Assembly (NCBI GenBank): GCA_963823035.1
Contig: CAWGKG010000018.1
Location: 64,001-128,000, forward strand
DNA length: 64,000 bases
Origin: an uncultured Gemmatimonadales bacterium
GTDB taxonomy: Bacteria; Gemmatimonadota; Gemmatimonadetes; Longimicrobiales; Gaopeijiaceae
Direction: 5' to 3'
Position 1 is the stretch's first letter, and each line of letters starts with the position of its first letter. The position numbers were made by a program, and so were the translations under genes. Below are positions 30,831 to 41,255 of this stretch, piece by piece. The notes beneath the pieces were generated by a model, which saw nothing but the letters and a program-made list of their open reading frames with translations, made no database searches and was not told where the DNA came from.

Positions 30831-31742
30831 TCAGCGCACCGGATGCAGGCGCACGAGCGTGAGCGTGCTGACGACGATCACGACCGCGCCCGCGCCCGTC
30901 CACACGTCGGGAACCTCGTGGAAGAGGGCCCACCCCCATCCCGCGGCGAAGACGATCTGCAGGTAGCCGACGGCGGAAGCGCGCCCGGCGCGCTCGAGGC
31001 GGAAGCCCCACGTCACGAAGGTCTGACCGAGGTGCGTGGTCACTCCGACGCCGAGCAGCACGAGCAGCATGGCGGGCGTGGGGAGCGTCGCGTGGGCCGC
31101 GACCATCGGGAAGGAGAGCAGCGTGCACACCGCTGCGAAGTAGAACACGATCAGCATCGGGGGCTCGCCCCGCAGGCGGCGCACGGTCACGTACGCCCCG
31201 GCCGAGAGGATGGCGCCGCACAACCCGACGAGCACCGGAAAGGGATCCAGTCCGCCACCCCCGAAGAGGAACGCGGGCCGGGCCACCAGGAAGACCCCGC
31301 CCAGGCTCGCCGTCACCAGGAGCGCCTCCTCGAGGCCGACGTGCTCCCCGAGGACGGCGGCGGCGATGAACGCCGTGAACACGGGGTTCGTGAAGTGGAT
31401 CACCGTGGCGTCCGCGAGGGGGAGATGGACGACCGCGAAGTAGAAGCAGGTGAGCGCGCCGAAGCCGAGCACCCCCCTGAGGAGGAGGATCCGCGGCTCG
31501 CGTCCACGAAAGCCGCGCCCGTCGTGCAGGAGCTTCCCCCCGGAGAGCACGGCCACGACGATCGAGCGGGCGAACACGATCTCGAAGAGCGGTACACTCC
31601 GGCCCGCGAGCTTCGCGAGCGCGGCCATGAGGGAGAAGAAGAGCGTGCTGAGCGCCATGGCCTGCAGGCCCGGCGGCATCAGCGTGAACGGCGCGGCGAT
31701 CCCGGGCCACGGGATCTGCGGCGGGTCAGCTCCCTCGCTCAA
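30831..31742 (-). CDS. DMT/EamA family transporter
   Basis: About 10 TM segments; LRGVLG..HLPLADATVIHFTNPVF, GYLQIVFA..GW. Confidence 0.9.
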   Translation of the reverse strand: MSEGADPPQIPWPGIAAPFTLMPPGLQAMALSTLFFSLMAALAKLAGRSVPLFEIVFARSIVVAVLSGGKLLHDGRGFRGREPRILLLRGVLGFGALTCFYFAVVHLPLADATVIHFTNPVFTAFIAAAVLGEHVGLEEALLVTASLGGVFLVARPAFLFGGGGLDPFPVLVGLCGAILSAGAYVTVRRLRGEPPMLIVFYFAAVCTLLSFPMVAAHATLPTPAMLLVLLGVGVTTHLGQTFVTWGFRLERAGRASAVGYLQIVFAAGWGWALFHEVPDVWTGAGAVVIVVSTLTLVRLHPVR

Positions 31743-33738
31743 CCGTCGCCTTCAGGATGCGGTCCCCCACCAGGAGCCGGTCCACCGCGTCCATGCCGTC
31801 CACCACCCACCCGAACGCCGTGTAGGCGCCGTCCAGGTGCGGTTGCATCGAGTGGGTGATGAAGAACTGCGAACCCTCCGTGTCCTTCCCCGCGGAGGCC
31901 ATCCCGATCACGCCTCGCAGGTAGCGGATGAGCGTGAACTCGCTCCGGATCGTAAAGCCCGGACCGCCATAGCCATCGCCCGAAGCGAAATCCCCGCCCT
32001 GTGCCACGAAGTTGGGCACCACCCGATGGAAGGGCACGCCGTCGTAACGGCCGCCCTCCGCGAGGCGCGCGATCGTCTGGACGGTCTGCGGGGCCTCCTC
32101 GGTCGCGAGGCGCACGACCACCCTGCCCTTCTCCGTCTCCAGCACCAGGCGCGGCGCCGTGCCGAGCTCGGCGAGGTACGCCCAGTCGAGCTCTCCGGGA
32201 TCGGGCTCCGGGCCCGCCGGGGGCGTGCGGTCCGCGCCCGCCGGCGGCAAGGCCTCGCGGGTGAGCGTCGACAGCACGCCGCGGATCGCCCTCGCGACCT
32301 CGGCGTCCGGCGGCCCCGCCGTTCCTTCGAGGGCGGCCCTGAGCGTGTCCACGCTCCCCAGCTCCAGGAAGGTGGAGTCTCCGAGAGCTGCCGCGGCCGT
32401 AGCCATCTTGCGGACGTCGCCACTGCGGAGCGCCGCGCTGAAGATCCCGAAGTAGAACGGCGGTGCCCCCTCGTTCTGCTCCTCGGCCGGCCAACGCCGC
32501 GCCAAGGCCTCCAGCGCCACGCCACCCAACTTCGGGGGCGCCGACGCGGCGGCGCGGGCGAGTCGCAGGCGCGCTTCCTCCCCGGGAAGGAAGGCGAGGG
32601 CGCGCAGCCCGATCTCGTGCCGCTGCAGGTCGTCGGCACCGAGTCCGTCGATCCATCCCAGGAGGTAGTCGCGCTCGCCGGCCCGGGCCAGGAGCGCCAG
32701 GAGGGGCTCGACCACCTGCCAGCGCTCGGCATGCGCGTCGATCCAGGCCTCCAGGCGCCGTGCTTCGGCCGCGGGCGTCCGGGCCCTCGCGAGCGCCTGG
32801 GCCGCGCTGACGGCCACCAGCCCGAAGGTGTCGTCCAACCCCTCGAGGAGCGTGGCGCGGGCGTCGGCGTCGAGCTCCTCGGCGCCGAGGGCGGTCATCG
32901 CGTTCGCCCGGATGCGCCAGTCCGTCGCCGTGGACGCCCACTCGGCCAGGCGCTCCCGGTCGAAGGGGTCGTGCAGGCGCCCCAGCGCCTGCACCAGGTA
33001 CATCGCGGCCGGGTCGTCCTTCCCGTAGCCGTCCAGCGCCTGGCGAATACGCTTCACGCGCTCGGCCCAGCTCTCCGTGGAGGGAACGCGGCCGAAATAG
33101 TAGGCGGCGGCGGCGCGCACCCGCGGATCCAGGTCGTCCAGCCGATCGAGGAGCGCGGCCAGCGCCTCCGGTGTGGAGATCGTACGCACCGCCCCCAACA
33201 CGGCGATCGCCAACGTGCGGTCCGCCTCCATCTCCTCGGGGACCTGCAGCCCGACCAGCGCCGCGGCGGACTGCGGGATCGGGATCTTGCCGAGCGCCTC
33301 CAGGATCTGCCGTCGCTCCGCGACGTCGTCGTCCGCCGCGAAATGCGCCGCAAGGCCCGTGACCGCCGGGGGAGCGCCCAGCTGCCCCAGCGCGAAGGCC
33401 GCGTCACGGCGCACCGCGGCCGACGTGTCGGAGAGTGCGGCGTAGAGCACGCCGGCCGCCTGCGGCGACTGCACGGAGCCGAGCGCGAAGGCCGCCCGCG
33501 CCCGGACGGCCGCGCGCGGATCCGCGAGGTAGCCCATGAGCGGCAGGGTCGCGCGTTCCACCTGCGCCTCGACCACCGCCTGGAGGGCCGTGTCGCTCAG
33601 CAGCCCGTCGGAGGGCCGGTGCTGCGGCTCCCGCGTCGGGATCGTGGAGTCGCGCCCACCGCAGCCCCACGCGGCGAGCGTGAGGGCCGTCAGGAAGCCC
33701 GCGAGCCCTGTGCGCCCGCCGCTCATCGGGGCTGCCAT
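31726..33738 (-). CDS. HEAT-repeat / cyclophilin-type peptidyl-prolyl isomerase lipoprotein
   Basis: Lipobox AWGC; HEAT units VRARAAFALG, VRRDAAFALGQ, IRANAMTALG; C-terminal FHRVVPNFVAQGGD, GMASAGKDTEGSQFFITH. Confidence 0.9.
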   Translation of the reverse strand: MAAPMSGGRTGLAGFLTALTLAAWGCGGRDSTIPTREPQHRPSDGLLSDTALQAVVEAQVERATLPLMGYLADPRAAVRARAAFALGSVQSPQAAGVLYAALSDTSAAVRRDAAFALGQLGAPPAVTGLAAHFAADDDVAERRQILEALGKIPIPQSAAALVGLQVPEEMEADRTLAIAVLGAVRTISTPEALAALLDRLDDLDPRVRAAAAYYFGRVPSTESWAERVKRIRQALDGYGKDDPAAMYLVQALGRLHDPFDRERLAEWASTATDWRIRANAMTALGAEELDADARATLLEGLDDTFGLVAVSAAQALARARTPAAEARRLEAWIDAHAERWQVVEPLLALLARAGERDYLLGWIDGLGADDLQRHEIGLRALAFLPGEEARLRLARAAASAPPKLGGVALEALARRWPAEEQNEGAPPFYFGIFSAALRSGDVRKMATAAAALGDSTFLELGSVDTLRAALEGTAGPPDAEVARAIRGVLSTLTREALPPAGADRTPPAGPEPDPGELDWAYLAELGTAPRLVLETEKGRVVVRLATEEAPQTVQTIARLAEGGRYDGVPFHRVVPNFVAQGGDFASGDGYGGPGFTIRSEFTLIRYLRGVIGMASAGKDTEGSQFFITHSMQPHLDGAYTAFGWVVDGMDAVDRLLVGDRILKATVERGS

Positions 33739-36290
33739 CCGTGCACGATCTCCGCGGCGCGCGAGAGCATGTCGGCCGACTGGAGCACCTTGGCCCTGAG
33801 CCGCGGAGGCAGGTCGGGACGCGCGTCGAGGAACGCGCGCACGGTATCGGCGGCCTCGGCCTCGCTATGACCTCCGAGGGTGGCGTCGAGCCAGCGCCCC
33901 GGGAAGAAGATGTCCCCGGTCCGCTGGATCTCCTCGATCATGTCGAGCGCCGGCCGGATCGTGGGGAGCGCGCTCTCGGAGCGGAGCGGGTGGTGCAGGT
34001 TGTCCAGCCCGGCCAGCACCCAAGGCTCGCGCTCCCGGTTCGCCGGATCGGCCAGGGACGCGAAGAACGCCCTCCGTACCTCCGGGTCCGCATCGAGCGA
34101 GGGGCGAACGAAGTGGAAGCGCGCGCGCCGGTCGGGGTTCTCGATGCTTCCTTCCTGCTTGTCGAGGATGTCCTTCCACCCATCGACGCCCCGCAGCGCC
34201 AACTCGGTCGCCACCGACGTCCGGTCGTTCTCGGAGAGCGGGAGGCCGGGGAGGGATTCCCGACCCTCCCACAGGCGACGGAGCCGCGCCACGCCGGCGT
34301 CGGTGATCGCGACGCGCCGGTACGTCCCGAAGAACGCCGCCCGCGCCGTGGCGGGGAGCGCGCCGGTCACACCGGCCCAGATCGCGGATTCCACCTCCGG
34401 GGCGCGCCGCGCCCGCTCCTCGGCGGGGAGGAGGCGCCAGAAGGTCGTGGCCGTGTAGCCGAGGATCCGGCTCAGGTTCAGCTCGACGTCCTCCTCGGGC
34501 AGCGCCCGCAGCGCGACGTCGAGGAAGGCCCCCGGCTCCAACCGCTGCTCGAGCACCTGGTCCCAGAGCGTCACCCAGGCGGTGCCGCGCGCCAACCCGG
34601 GCGCGAGGTCCGGGAGATGCTCCGCCACCCACGCCCGGCTCGTCGGATCGAGGAGGAACAGGCCGTACTCCACGCCCGACCCGTTGGGCATCACGTAGTC
34701 CAGAGCGCCGTCGTCCGCGCCGGGGATCCGCGCCTCGTCGGCGCCGAGCTCCACGGTGACCACGGTGTCTCCGCTCGCCCGCCCCAGGCGCACGTGCAGG
34801 GTCTGCGGCCACACACGCCCCTCGCTCGCGGGATCCTGCTGGCGGAGCACGACGTCACCGTCCTCGCGCGAGACCGCCACGGTGGGCCGGCCCGGCTCCT
34901 CGACCCAGACGCGACTCCAGGCGGCGAGGTCCTCGGGCGTGCGGCGGTCGAGCACCTCGATCAGGTCCGGCCAGGTCGCGTTGCCGTACTCGTGCGCGCC
35001 CAGGTATTCCCGCAGGCCGTCGCGGAACGTCTCCTCGCCGACCCGCGCCTCGAGCTGGCGCATCACGATCGGCGCCTTCTGGTAGATGATCGAGCCATAG
35101 AGGGTGCCGGCCTCGCGCAGGTTCTCGAGCGGCTGGCGGATGGGGTTGGCGCCCGCGGTGCGATCCACGCCGTACGCCGCGGGGTGGTTCGACATGAGGA
35201 AGCGCAGGTCGTGATCCACCTCGGGGAAGGAAGGGTTCACGATCTTGCCGGCCATGAAGTTCGCGAACACCTCCTTCATCCACACGTCGTCGAACCAGTT
35301 CATGGTGACCAGGTCGCCGAACCACATGTGGGAGGTCTCGTGCGAGATCACGCTCGCGCGTCCCAGGATCTGCCCCTGCGTGGCCGACTCGTCCAGCATG
35401 AGCCCGCTGGCGTTGTAGAAGATCGCGCCGGGATGCTCCATCCCCCCGTACTGGAAGGAGGGGATCAGGACGAACTCGAACTTCTGGAAGGGATAGGGGA
35501 TGCCCGTGTACGCCTCGAGCCAGTCGAGCGCCTTCGCGTGCAGCTCGAAGATGGCGTCGCGGTTGCGCGCCACCTTCGCCGTATCGGTCTCGCGATGGAA
35601 CATGCGCATGGCGCGGCCGCCCACCACGGCCTCCTCCGTGCTGAACCTCCCGGCCGCGAAGGCGAAGAGGTACGTGGGGATCGGCTTCGTCTCCAGGAAG
35701 CCGAGCTGCTTCCGCTCCGGGGTCCCGGACTCCTCGGCCAGGGGACCGTTCGCCACGGCGCGCCAGGAACCCGGCACCTTCAGCGTCCACCGGACCGGGG
35801 CCTTGAGGTTCGGCTGGTCGAACACCGGGAGGCTGAAGTGCGCCCGGTCCGGCACGAAGAGCGCGTAGAGGAAGTCGTCGCTCCGGTTGAGCGACTCGTC
35901 GCCCGCCGTGTAGTCGAGGGCGACCCGGTTCACGCCCTTCTTCAGGGAGGAGGCCGGCAGCACCACGTGGTCGTTCACGGGCCGCCAGGCCACGGAGTCG
36001 CCGTTCACCAGCACGCCGTGCACCCGCTCGCCCGGGTCCTTGAAGTCCATCACGACGTCGAAGCCGTCCGGATCGTCCCAGCCGAAGGTCACCACCGTAC
36101 GCCCCTCGATGGGCCGGGCGCGCTCCTCGGGGACCGTCAGCTCGATCTCGTACCGCGGCTGCAGGATCGTGCGCGCACGGTGCTGGGCGAGCTCCCACGG
36201 GATGCCCTCGTCCGTCGGCGGCGGCGTGGGAGGCTCGCAGGCGGAGAGGAGGAGGGCGCCGAAGGCGACCATGAGCACGTCACGGGACAT
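33723..36290 (-). CDS. M1 family aminopeptidase (PepN-like lipoprotein)
   Basis: Lipobox LSAC; GGMEH, HETSHMWFGDLVTMNWFDDVWMKE (HExxH..E), IYQKAP. Confidence 0.92.
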   Translation of the reverse strand: MSRDVLMVAFGALLLSACEPPTPPPTDEGIPWELAQHRARTILQPRYEIELTVPEERARPIEGRTVVTFGWDDPDGFDVVMDFKDPGERVHGVLVNGDSVAWRPVNDHVVLPASSLKKGVNRVALDYTAGDESLNRSDDFLYALFVPDRAHFSLPVFDQPNLKAPVRWTLKVPGSWRAVANGPLAEESGTPERKQLGFLETKPIPTYLFAFAAGRFSTEEAVVGGRAMRMFHRETDTAKVARNRDAIFELHAKALDWLEAYTGIPYPFQKFEFVLIPSFQYGGMEHPGAIFYNASGLMLDESATQGQILGRASVISHETSHMWFGDLVTMNWFDDVWMKEVFANFMAGKIVNPSFPEVDHDLRFLMSNHPAAYGVDRTAGANPIRQPLENLREAGTLYGSIIYQKAPIVMRQLEARVGEETFRDGLREYLGAHEYGNATWPDLIEVLDRRTPEDLAAWSRVWVEEPGRPTVAVSREDGDVVLRQQDPASEGRVWPQTLHVRLGRASGDTVVTVELGADEARIPGADDGALDYVMPNGSGVEYGLFLLDPTSRAWVAEHLPDLAPGLARGTAWVTLWDQVLEQRLEPGAFLDVALRALPEEDVELNLSRILGYTATTFWRLLPAEERARRAPEVESAIWAGVTGALPATARAAFFGTYRRVAITDAGVARLRRLWEGRESLPGLPLSENDRTSVATELALRGVDGWKDILDKQEGSIENPDRRARFHFVRPSLDADPEVRRAFFASLADPANREREPWVLAGLDNLHHPLRSESALPTIRPALDMIEEIQRTGDIFFPGRWLDATLGGHSEAEAADTVRAFLDARPDLPPRLRAKVLQSADMLSRAAEIVHGWQPR

Positions 36291-36360
36291 GAGCGGATCC
36301 CTGCCGGGGACGATGCGGGCCCGCCAAGGGGGCGGCCCGGGCCCCGCTATTGTGGAGCGC

Positions 36361-38602
36361 TCAGAGGATGCCGTCCAGATACAGCTCGAGGCGGAAGTCG
36401 CGCGGATCGCGCAGACCCCATGCCGCGTCCATGCGGATGAGCCCGTCCACGATGGACAGGCCGACCCCTGCCGAGACGAGCGCGTCGTCCATCCGGATGC
36501 GGCTGCGCTCGCCCGCCCACGCCGCGTCGGTGAAGAGCGAGACCGCCCCGAAGGAGAAGAGGCGCGCCAGCTCGGCCCGGCCGCGTCCGAAGGTGGGGCC
36601 GACGCGGGCGCGCGGTCCGTACCCACGCAACGTGGCCGCGCCGCCCATCACCCAGAGACGCTGCGGCGGAGGATCCCCCCAGCTCGTTCCCGCCCCCGCC
36701 GCGAGCCCGACCCGGTAGCGTTCGGTCAGGGGGAGCGCGGTGCGCGCCACGAGCGATGCCCGCGCATAGCTCCAGTCCCCCCCGGCGCCGCGCACCTCGA
36801 GCTCCAGACCCGCCTGCGGAGAACGGGGGTCCGTTCCCCACCAGGGGGCCAACGTCGCCACACCACCGAGCTCCCACCCCTCCGCGGCCGTGATGTTGTC
36901 ACGGAAGTCCCAGCTCGAGCTGCCGAGGTGCGCGAGCGTGAAGTCGGTATGGGTCCGCGCGGCCTGGTGGTACTCGGCGTAGGCGCGTACCCGCCAGGAG
37001 CGCCGGTCCGCGGCCGGGGGCGTCCACTCGAGGGACGTCCCGCTCCGTCGGTAGTAGTCGCCGTCGTCGCGTCCGAAGAGGAGCGCGGTCACGGAGTTGC
37101 CCGGACCGAGGTGGCGGGCGTCCTCGTCCACCGCCGCCAGCTCGTGGTAGACGCTCCACGTCGCGCGTCGGCGCAGCGTCTCGTGCGTCGCGTCCACGCG
37201 CACGTCCGGGTTCAGGTCGGCCACGCCGAGTCGAGCCGTGGCGGTGACCGACACCGGCCCGAACGGCGTATCGGGGCGGAGTTGCCCCCGCACACCCAGC
37301 GACAGCCCCTCCACCCGGTTGTACCGCACCAGGTCAGGGCGCTGGAGCCCCCACCGCAGGGTCGCCGGCATCCGCTGGGCCGGAGGCGCCGGGAGGTCGG
37401 CCAGACCGCCGAAGAGGTCACGCAGCTCGTCCTCGGACGTGAAGCCCGGCGCCGACTTGCCGATCGGAGGCGGAAGATCCGGGCTGTCCCGCAGGTACGC
37501 CGGATCCTCGGGCACGAGGTAGCGCACGCGCTTCTCGTCGCCCCGGGGTCCGCGCATGGACCGGCGGGAAGAGAGCCTGTAGGGGACGTCGCCGACGGTC
37601 TCGTGGGCCAAAGCCTCCATCGCTTCGGCGCGCGTCCGGTAGCGGCGCTCGGCCACGGGGTCCGCAGCCTTCGCCTCCCGCTGGAGGTCGCCCTCCGTGA
37701 CCACCGACTCGAAGTCGTACGTCAGCTCGATGGTGGCCGGCGCCTTCAGGATCCCGGCCGTCGCCACCCCCTCGGCATGAAGGCTCCGTGGCAGCCACAC
37801 CTTCGACTCCCAGAGGGAATAGTCCACCGCGATCATCTGGATCTCGGCCGTCCACGGCTTGAACATCCCCGGGACGTGCTTGAGGTCGTCGTCCTCCTCT
37901 TCCCGGAGGTCGGGCACGTCGCGAAAGGCGTCGAAGACATCGGACAGCCGGTAGACCGCGCGCACGAGCGCCCCGCTCTCCGGCTCGATCCAGAGCGACC
38001 CCGTGATGCGGTGCACGTCGGCTTCGGTCGGCATCACCTGCAGCTCCACCGCGCGCACGGTGTGCCCGTCGGGGAGGGAGAGCACGAGTGTGTCGCCCAC
38101 CGAGAACGTGTACGCGTCGCGCCAGGCGGGGTCGAGCGGGTGCGCGATCCAGAAGTCGTCCTCGTCCTGCTCTGTAGACCTCGTCGTCCGGGGGCACCAT
38201 GCCGAACATGAGCGCGTCGTTGGACGGATCGAAATTGTCGTCGAACACCCCCAGGTGCAGCTCCCCCTTCGCGACGCCGACCGGCGTCTGCTCCCTGAGC
38301 GCCAGCACCTGGACGAGAACGTCGCCGTCGCGGCGCCAGAAGACGCGGTGCGCGGACTCGCTGCGATAGAGCGTGCGGTCCTTGAGCGGCATGCGGAGTC
38401 CCACGCCGGTGCGCTGCCGCACCACCGCCGTGTAGGACGCCAACTCGGTGTCCATGCGGTCCCGTGCGGCCACCGCGGCCTCGTACAGGCGCCGGGCCAC
38501 CTCGTCACCGAAGGGCCCGGCACCGGTCTGCAGGGCGGCCGTCGCCCGCGAGGGCGTGACGCCCGCCGTCAGGAGGGCCGCGACAAGGAGCGCGACACGC
38601 AT
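36361..38602 (-). CDS. Uncharacterised outer-membrane beta-barrel protein; +1 frameshift near 38173
   Basis: Signal peptide MRVALLVAALL in ORF 37418..39010, continues in ORF 36361..; RYNRVEGLSLG motif, TLRGYG loop motif, C-terminal FRLELYLDGIL. Confidence 0.7.
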
Positions 38603-39858
38603 CACCGCCTCCGGAATAGGACCTCCCGGAAGTCTCGCCAAGGCACGAGGACGGTCTCCCCGTCCTCCGGGGTCACGAAGATCCCCTTGTTGTCCTCGTC
38701 GACGTCGTTCGAGCCTTCCAGCTCGAAGGTCCGGCCGTCCAGCAGCGTGACCTCCGAGCCCCACGAGCCGTCGCGCCGGATCGAGGCCACCTCTCCCAGC
38801 TCGATGTCGAACGTCACGTCCTCCGCTTCGCCGTCGAGGATCTCCCAGGTGTACGCCTCGTCGTTGTCCCACCGGATCGTCCCGGTGTAGCGCTCCCCGT
38901 CCTCGGTCTCGACGGTCCCGTACAAGGCCGCGCCGCCGTCGAAGCTCCCGTAGCCACCGGCGTCGCTCGCCGGCGGATCCTCGAAGGTGAGCACGTCGAA
39001 GGCGTCCCAATCCACGCTCACCTCCCCCAGCGCGGGGTCGGCGATCGTGATGCCGCGGTTGCTCGAGTCGACGTCGTTGCTTCCGCGCAGCTCGATCTCC
39101 TCGCCGTTCTCGAGGACGACGCGCGCGCCGGACGAGCCGTCCCGCTCGATGGCGGCGATCCTGTCGAAGGGGATCTTCCGGTCGCGGCCGTGCTCTTCAC
39201 CGTCCAGCACGTCCGAGCCGAGGATCTCGTCCACGTCCCACGCGACGTAGCCGGTGAACTCCAAACCCCTGCGCGTGCGCAACGTGCCGTAGAGTCGTTG
39301 CGAGGAGGGCTCGGCCATGCCGGCCGGCGCGGGCTCGAAGTCGATCACGTCGAGATCCCGCCAGCGCAGCTCGACCTCGCCCCGCTCCGGATCCTCCACC
39401 ACCACCCCCCGCACGCCGTCCCCGAGGTCCGTCGATCCACCCTCCAGCTCCACCTCGTCGCCCGACTTGAGCGTGAGCAGGGCGCGCTCGTCACCCATCA
39501 CCGCGATCGAACGCAGGTGACCGAATCGGATCCCCGACGACGCCGAAGACGGGTAGTCGTCCTCGTCCTCGTCCCACGAGATCCGCACGCCGAGGACGCG
39601 GACGCTGTGCTCACGGTCGCGCCGGTCCCGCCGGTCACCCAGGCGCTCGGCCTGACGCACGTTCTCCCAGGGGATCTCCTTGCTGCCGTTCAGGATGTCC
39701 GACCAGCTGCCCTCGTTCTTGTCCCATCGGATGTAGCCCTCGTACACCTCGCCCCCCGCCGTCACCACCCGGCCGTACAGCCGGTCCGGACCCGACTGCT
39801 CCTGTGTCCCGGACCCGAGTGTGAGCAGCGCGACGGCCACCATCGCCATCGAGCCCAT
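38602..39858 (-). CDS. Secreted acidic protein with three internal ~120-aa repeats
   Basis: Signal peptide; LYGRVVT..YEGYIRWD, LYGTLRT..FTGYVAWD, LYGTVET..YTGTIRWD, each followed by EL-x-G(G)S-x-D. Confidence 0.8.
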   Translation of the reverse strand: MGSMAMVAVALLTLGSGTQEQSGPDRLYGRVVTAGGEVYEGYIRWDKNEGSWSDILNGSKEIPWENVRQAERLGDRRDRRDREHSVRVLGVRISWDEDEDDYPSSASSGIRFGHLRSIAVMGDERALLTLKSGDEVELEGGSTDLGDGVRGVVVEDPERGEVELRWRDLDVIDFEPAPAGMAEPSSQRLYGTLRTRRGLEFTGYVAWDVDEILGSDVLDGEEHGRDRKIPFDRIAAIERDGSSGARVVLENGEEIELRGSNDVDSSNRGITIADPALGEVSVDWDAFDVLTFEDPPASDAGGYGSFDGGAALYGTVETEDGERYTGTIRWDNDEAYTWEILDGEAEDVTFDIELGEVASIRRDGSWGSEVTLLDGRTFELEGSNDVDEDNKGIFVTPEDGETVLVPWRDFREVLFRRR

Positions 39859-39900
39859 CTTGCCCCTCCCGTGCGGATTCCATGGTCATCCTCGCCCCCC

Positions 39901-39927
39901 TACGGCACGGCGCCGGAACGCGTTTCA
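39901..39927 (-). promoter_or_regulatory. Putative ECF-sigma promoter TGAAAC-N17-CGTA
   Basis: Minus strand tgaaac gcgttccggcgccgtgc cgta, about 42 nt upstream of the ATG at 39858. Confidence 0.5.
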
Positions 39928-39980
39928 GGCGCGCCACGCGATCGTCCGCCGCGGCCATCCTGCCGACACCGACGCTCCCG

Positions 39981-40114
39981 TGCGAGCCTCGTGCCAAACC
40001 GGTTCAACATCAGTAACACGTTGTTATACAACTTGTTAGATACGATGATCTCAAGTGCCTTGGAACTCGTAGCGCCGTGGCGGAACGACGCGACACGGCG
40101 AGCCGCCGTGTCGC
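39981..40114 (-). promoter_or_regulatory. Putative sigma54 promoter with IHF-like site and upstream dyad
   Basis: TGGCACG-AGGC-TCGCA (39981-39996); TAACAACGTGTTA (40014-40026) resembles the IHF consensus WATCAA-N4-TTR; perfect dyad GCGACACGGCG-agc-CGCCGTGTCGC (40090-40114). Confidence 0.65.
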
Positions 40115-40200
40115 ATGGCCACGCAGCCGCTACCTTGCGAGCCGCCCGACGCTCCTACCTGCCCCGACCGCACGATGACCCTCCCCGACCCCGCAGGACC

Positions 40201-41226
40201 GTGACCGCGTCGCTCCATCCCCGCGTCTTCCACCCCGCCGGCTGGGCGAAGGGGCCGCACGCCCAGACGCTGTTCGCGCGCGTCCTCCGGGCGGGGGACG
40301 ACCCCGGCATGAAGCGGGAGCGCTGGGAGACCCCCGATGGGGACTTCCTCGACGTCGACCTGGGACCGCTCCCCGCACCCGGCGCCCCCGCCGTGCTGGT
40401 CGTGCACGGGCTGGAGGGGTCCGCGCGCCGGCGCTACGTCCTCGGGACCTGCCGCGAGCTCCTCGCACGCGGCGTGCGCCCCGTCGCGATCAACCTCCGC
40501 GGCTGCAGCGGGGTCCCGAACCGCCTTCCCCGCTTCTACCACTCCGGCGAGACGGGCGACCTGAGGTTCGTCCTCGAGCGGATGCGCGCGACGCACCCCG
40601 GGGCTCCGCTCGGTGTCTTCGGCTTTTCTCTCGGAGGCAACGCCGTCCTCAAGATGCTGGGCGAGCGGAGGGACGGCGGCGTCACGCTGGTGGACGCGGC
40701 GGTGGCGATGTCCGTGCCCTTCGACCTGGCGGCCGGAGCCGCACAGCTGGAGCGGAGCCGGATGGGCCATCTCTACGCGGCGTACTTCCTCCGCTCCCTG
40801 CGCAGGAAGGTGCGCGGCAAGGCCTCCCTCCTCCGTCCGCTGGTCGATGTCGGGCGCGCCCTGCGCGCCCGCACCATCCGCGAGTTCGACGACGCCGTCA
40901 CGGCGCCCTTGCACGGCTTCCGCGACGCGGGCGCGTACTACACGGCGTCCAGCAGCACGCGGTTCATCGGGGGAATCCGCGTGCCCACGCTCGTGCTGCA
41001 CAGCCTCGACGACCCCTTCCTCCCTCCCGAGGCGGTGCCCCGTTCGGCCCTCGAGGCCAACCCCTCGGTCGTGCCGATCCTCCCGCCGAGCGGTGGCCAC
41101 GTCGGCTTCCTGGAGGGCGCGCCGTGGCGCCCGCGGCTCTGGGGAGACGAAGAGGGCGCGCGCTTCCTCGCGGAGGGCCTGGGGGCCGCGCCGGGCCTTC
41201 CCGGCGTCCCGGAGCACACTCCCTAG
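40201..41226 (+). CDS. YheT-like alpha/beta hydrolase
   Basis: PHAQTL, RERWETPDGDFLDVD, HGLEGS, YHSGETGD, GFSLGGN, DDPF, GGHVGF. Confidence 0.9.
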   Translation: MTASLHPRVFHPAGWAKGPHAQTLFARVLRAGDDPGMKRERWETPDGDFLDVDLGPLPAPGAPAVLVVHGLEGSARRRYVLGTCRELLARGVRPVAINLRGCSGVPNRLPRFYHSGETGDLRFVLERMRATHPGAPLGVFGFSLGGNAVLKMLGERRDGGVTLVDAAVAMSVPFDLAAGAAQLERSRMGHLYAAYFLRSLRRKVRGKASLLRPLVDVGRALRARTIREFDDAVTAPLHGFRDAGAYYTASSSTRFIGGIRVPTLVLHSLDDPFLPPEAVPRSALEANPSVVPILPPSGGHVGFLEGAPWRPRLWGDEEGARFLAEGLGAAPGLPGVPEHTP

Positions 41227-41255
41227 CTTCCGTAGGAGAACTACGGCGGCCCGCG

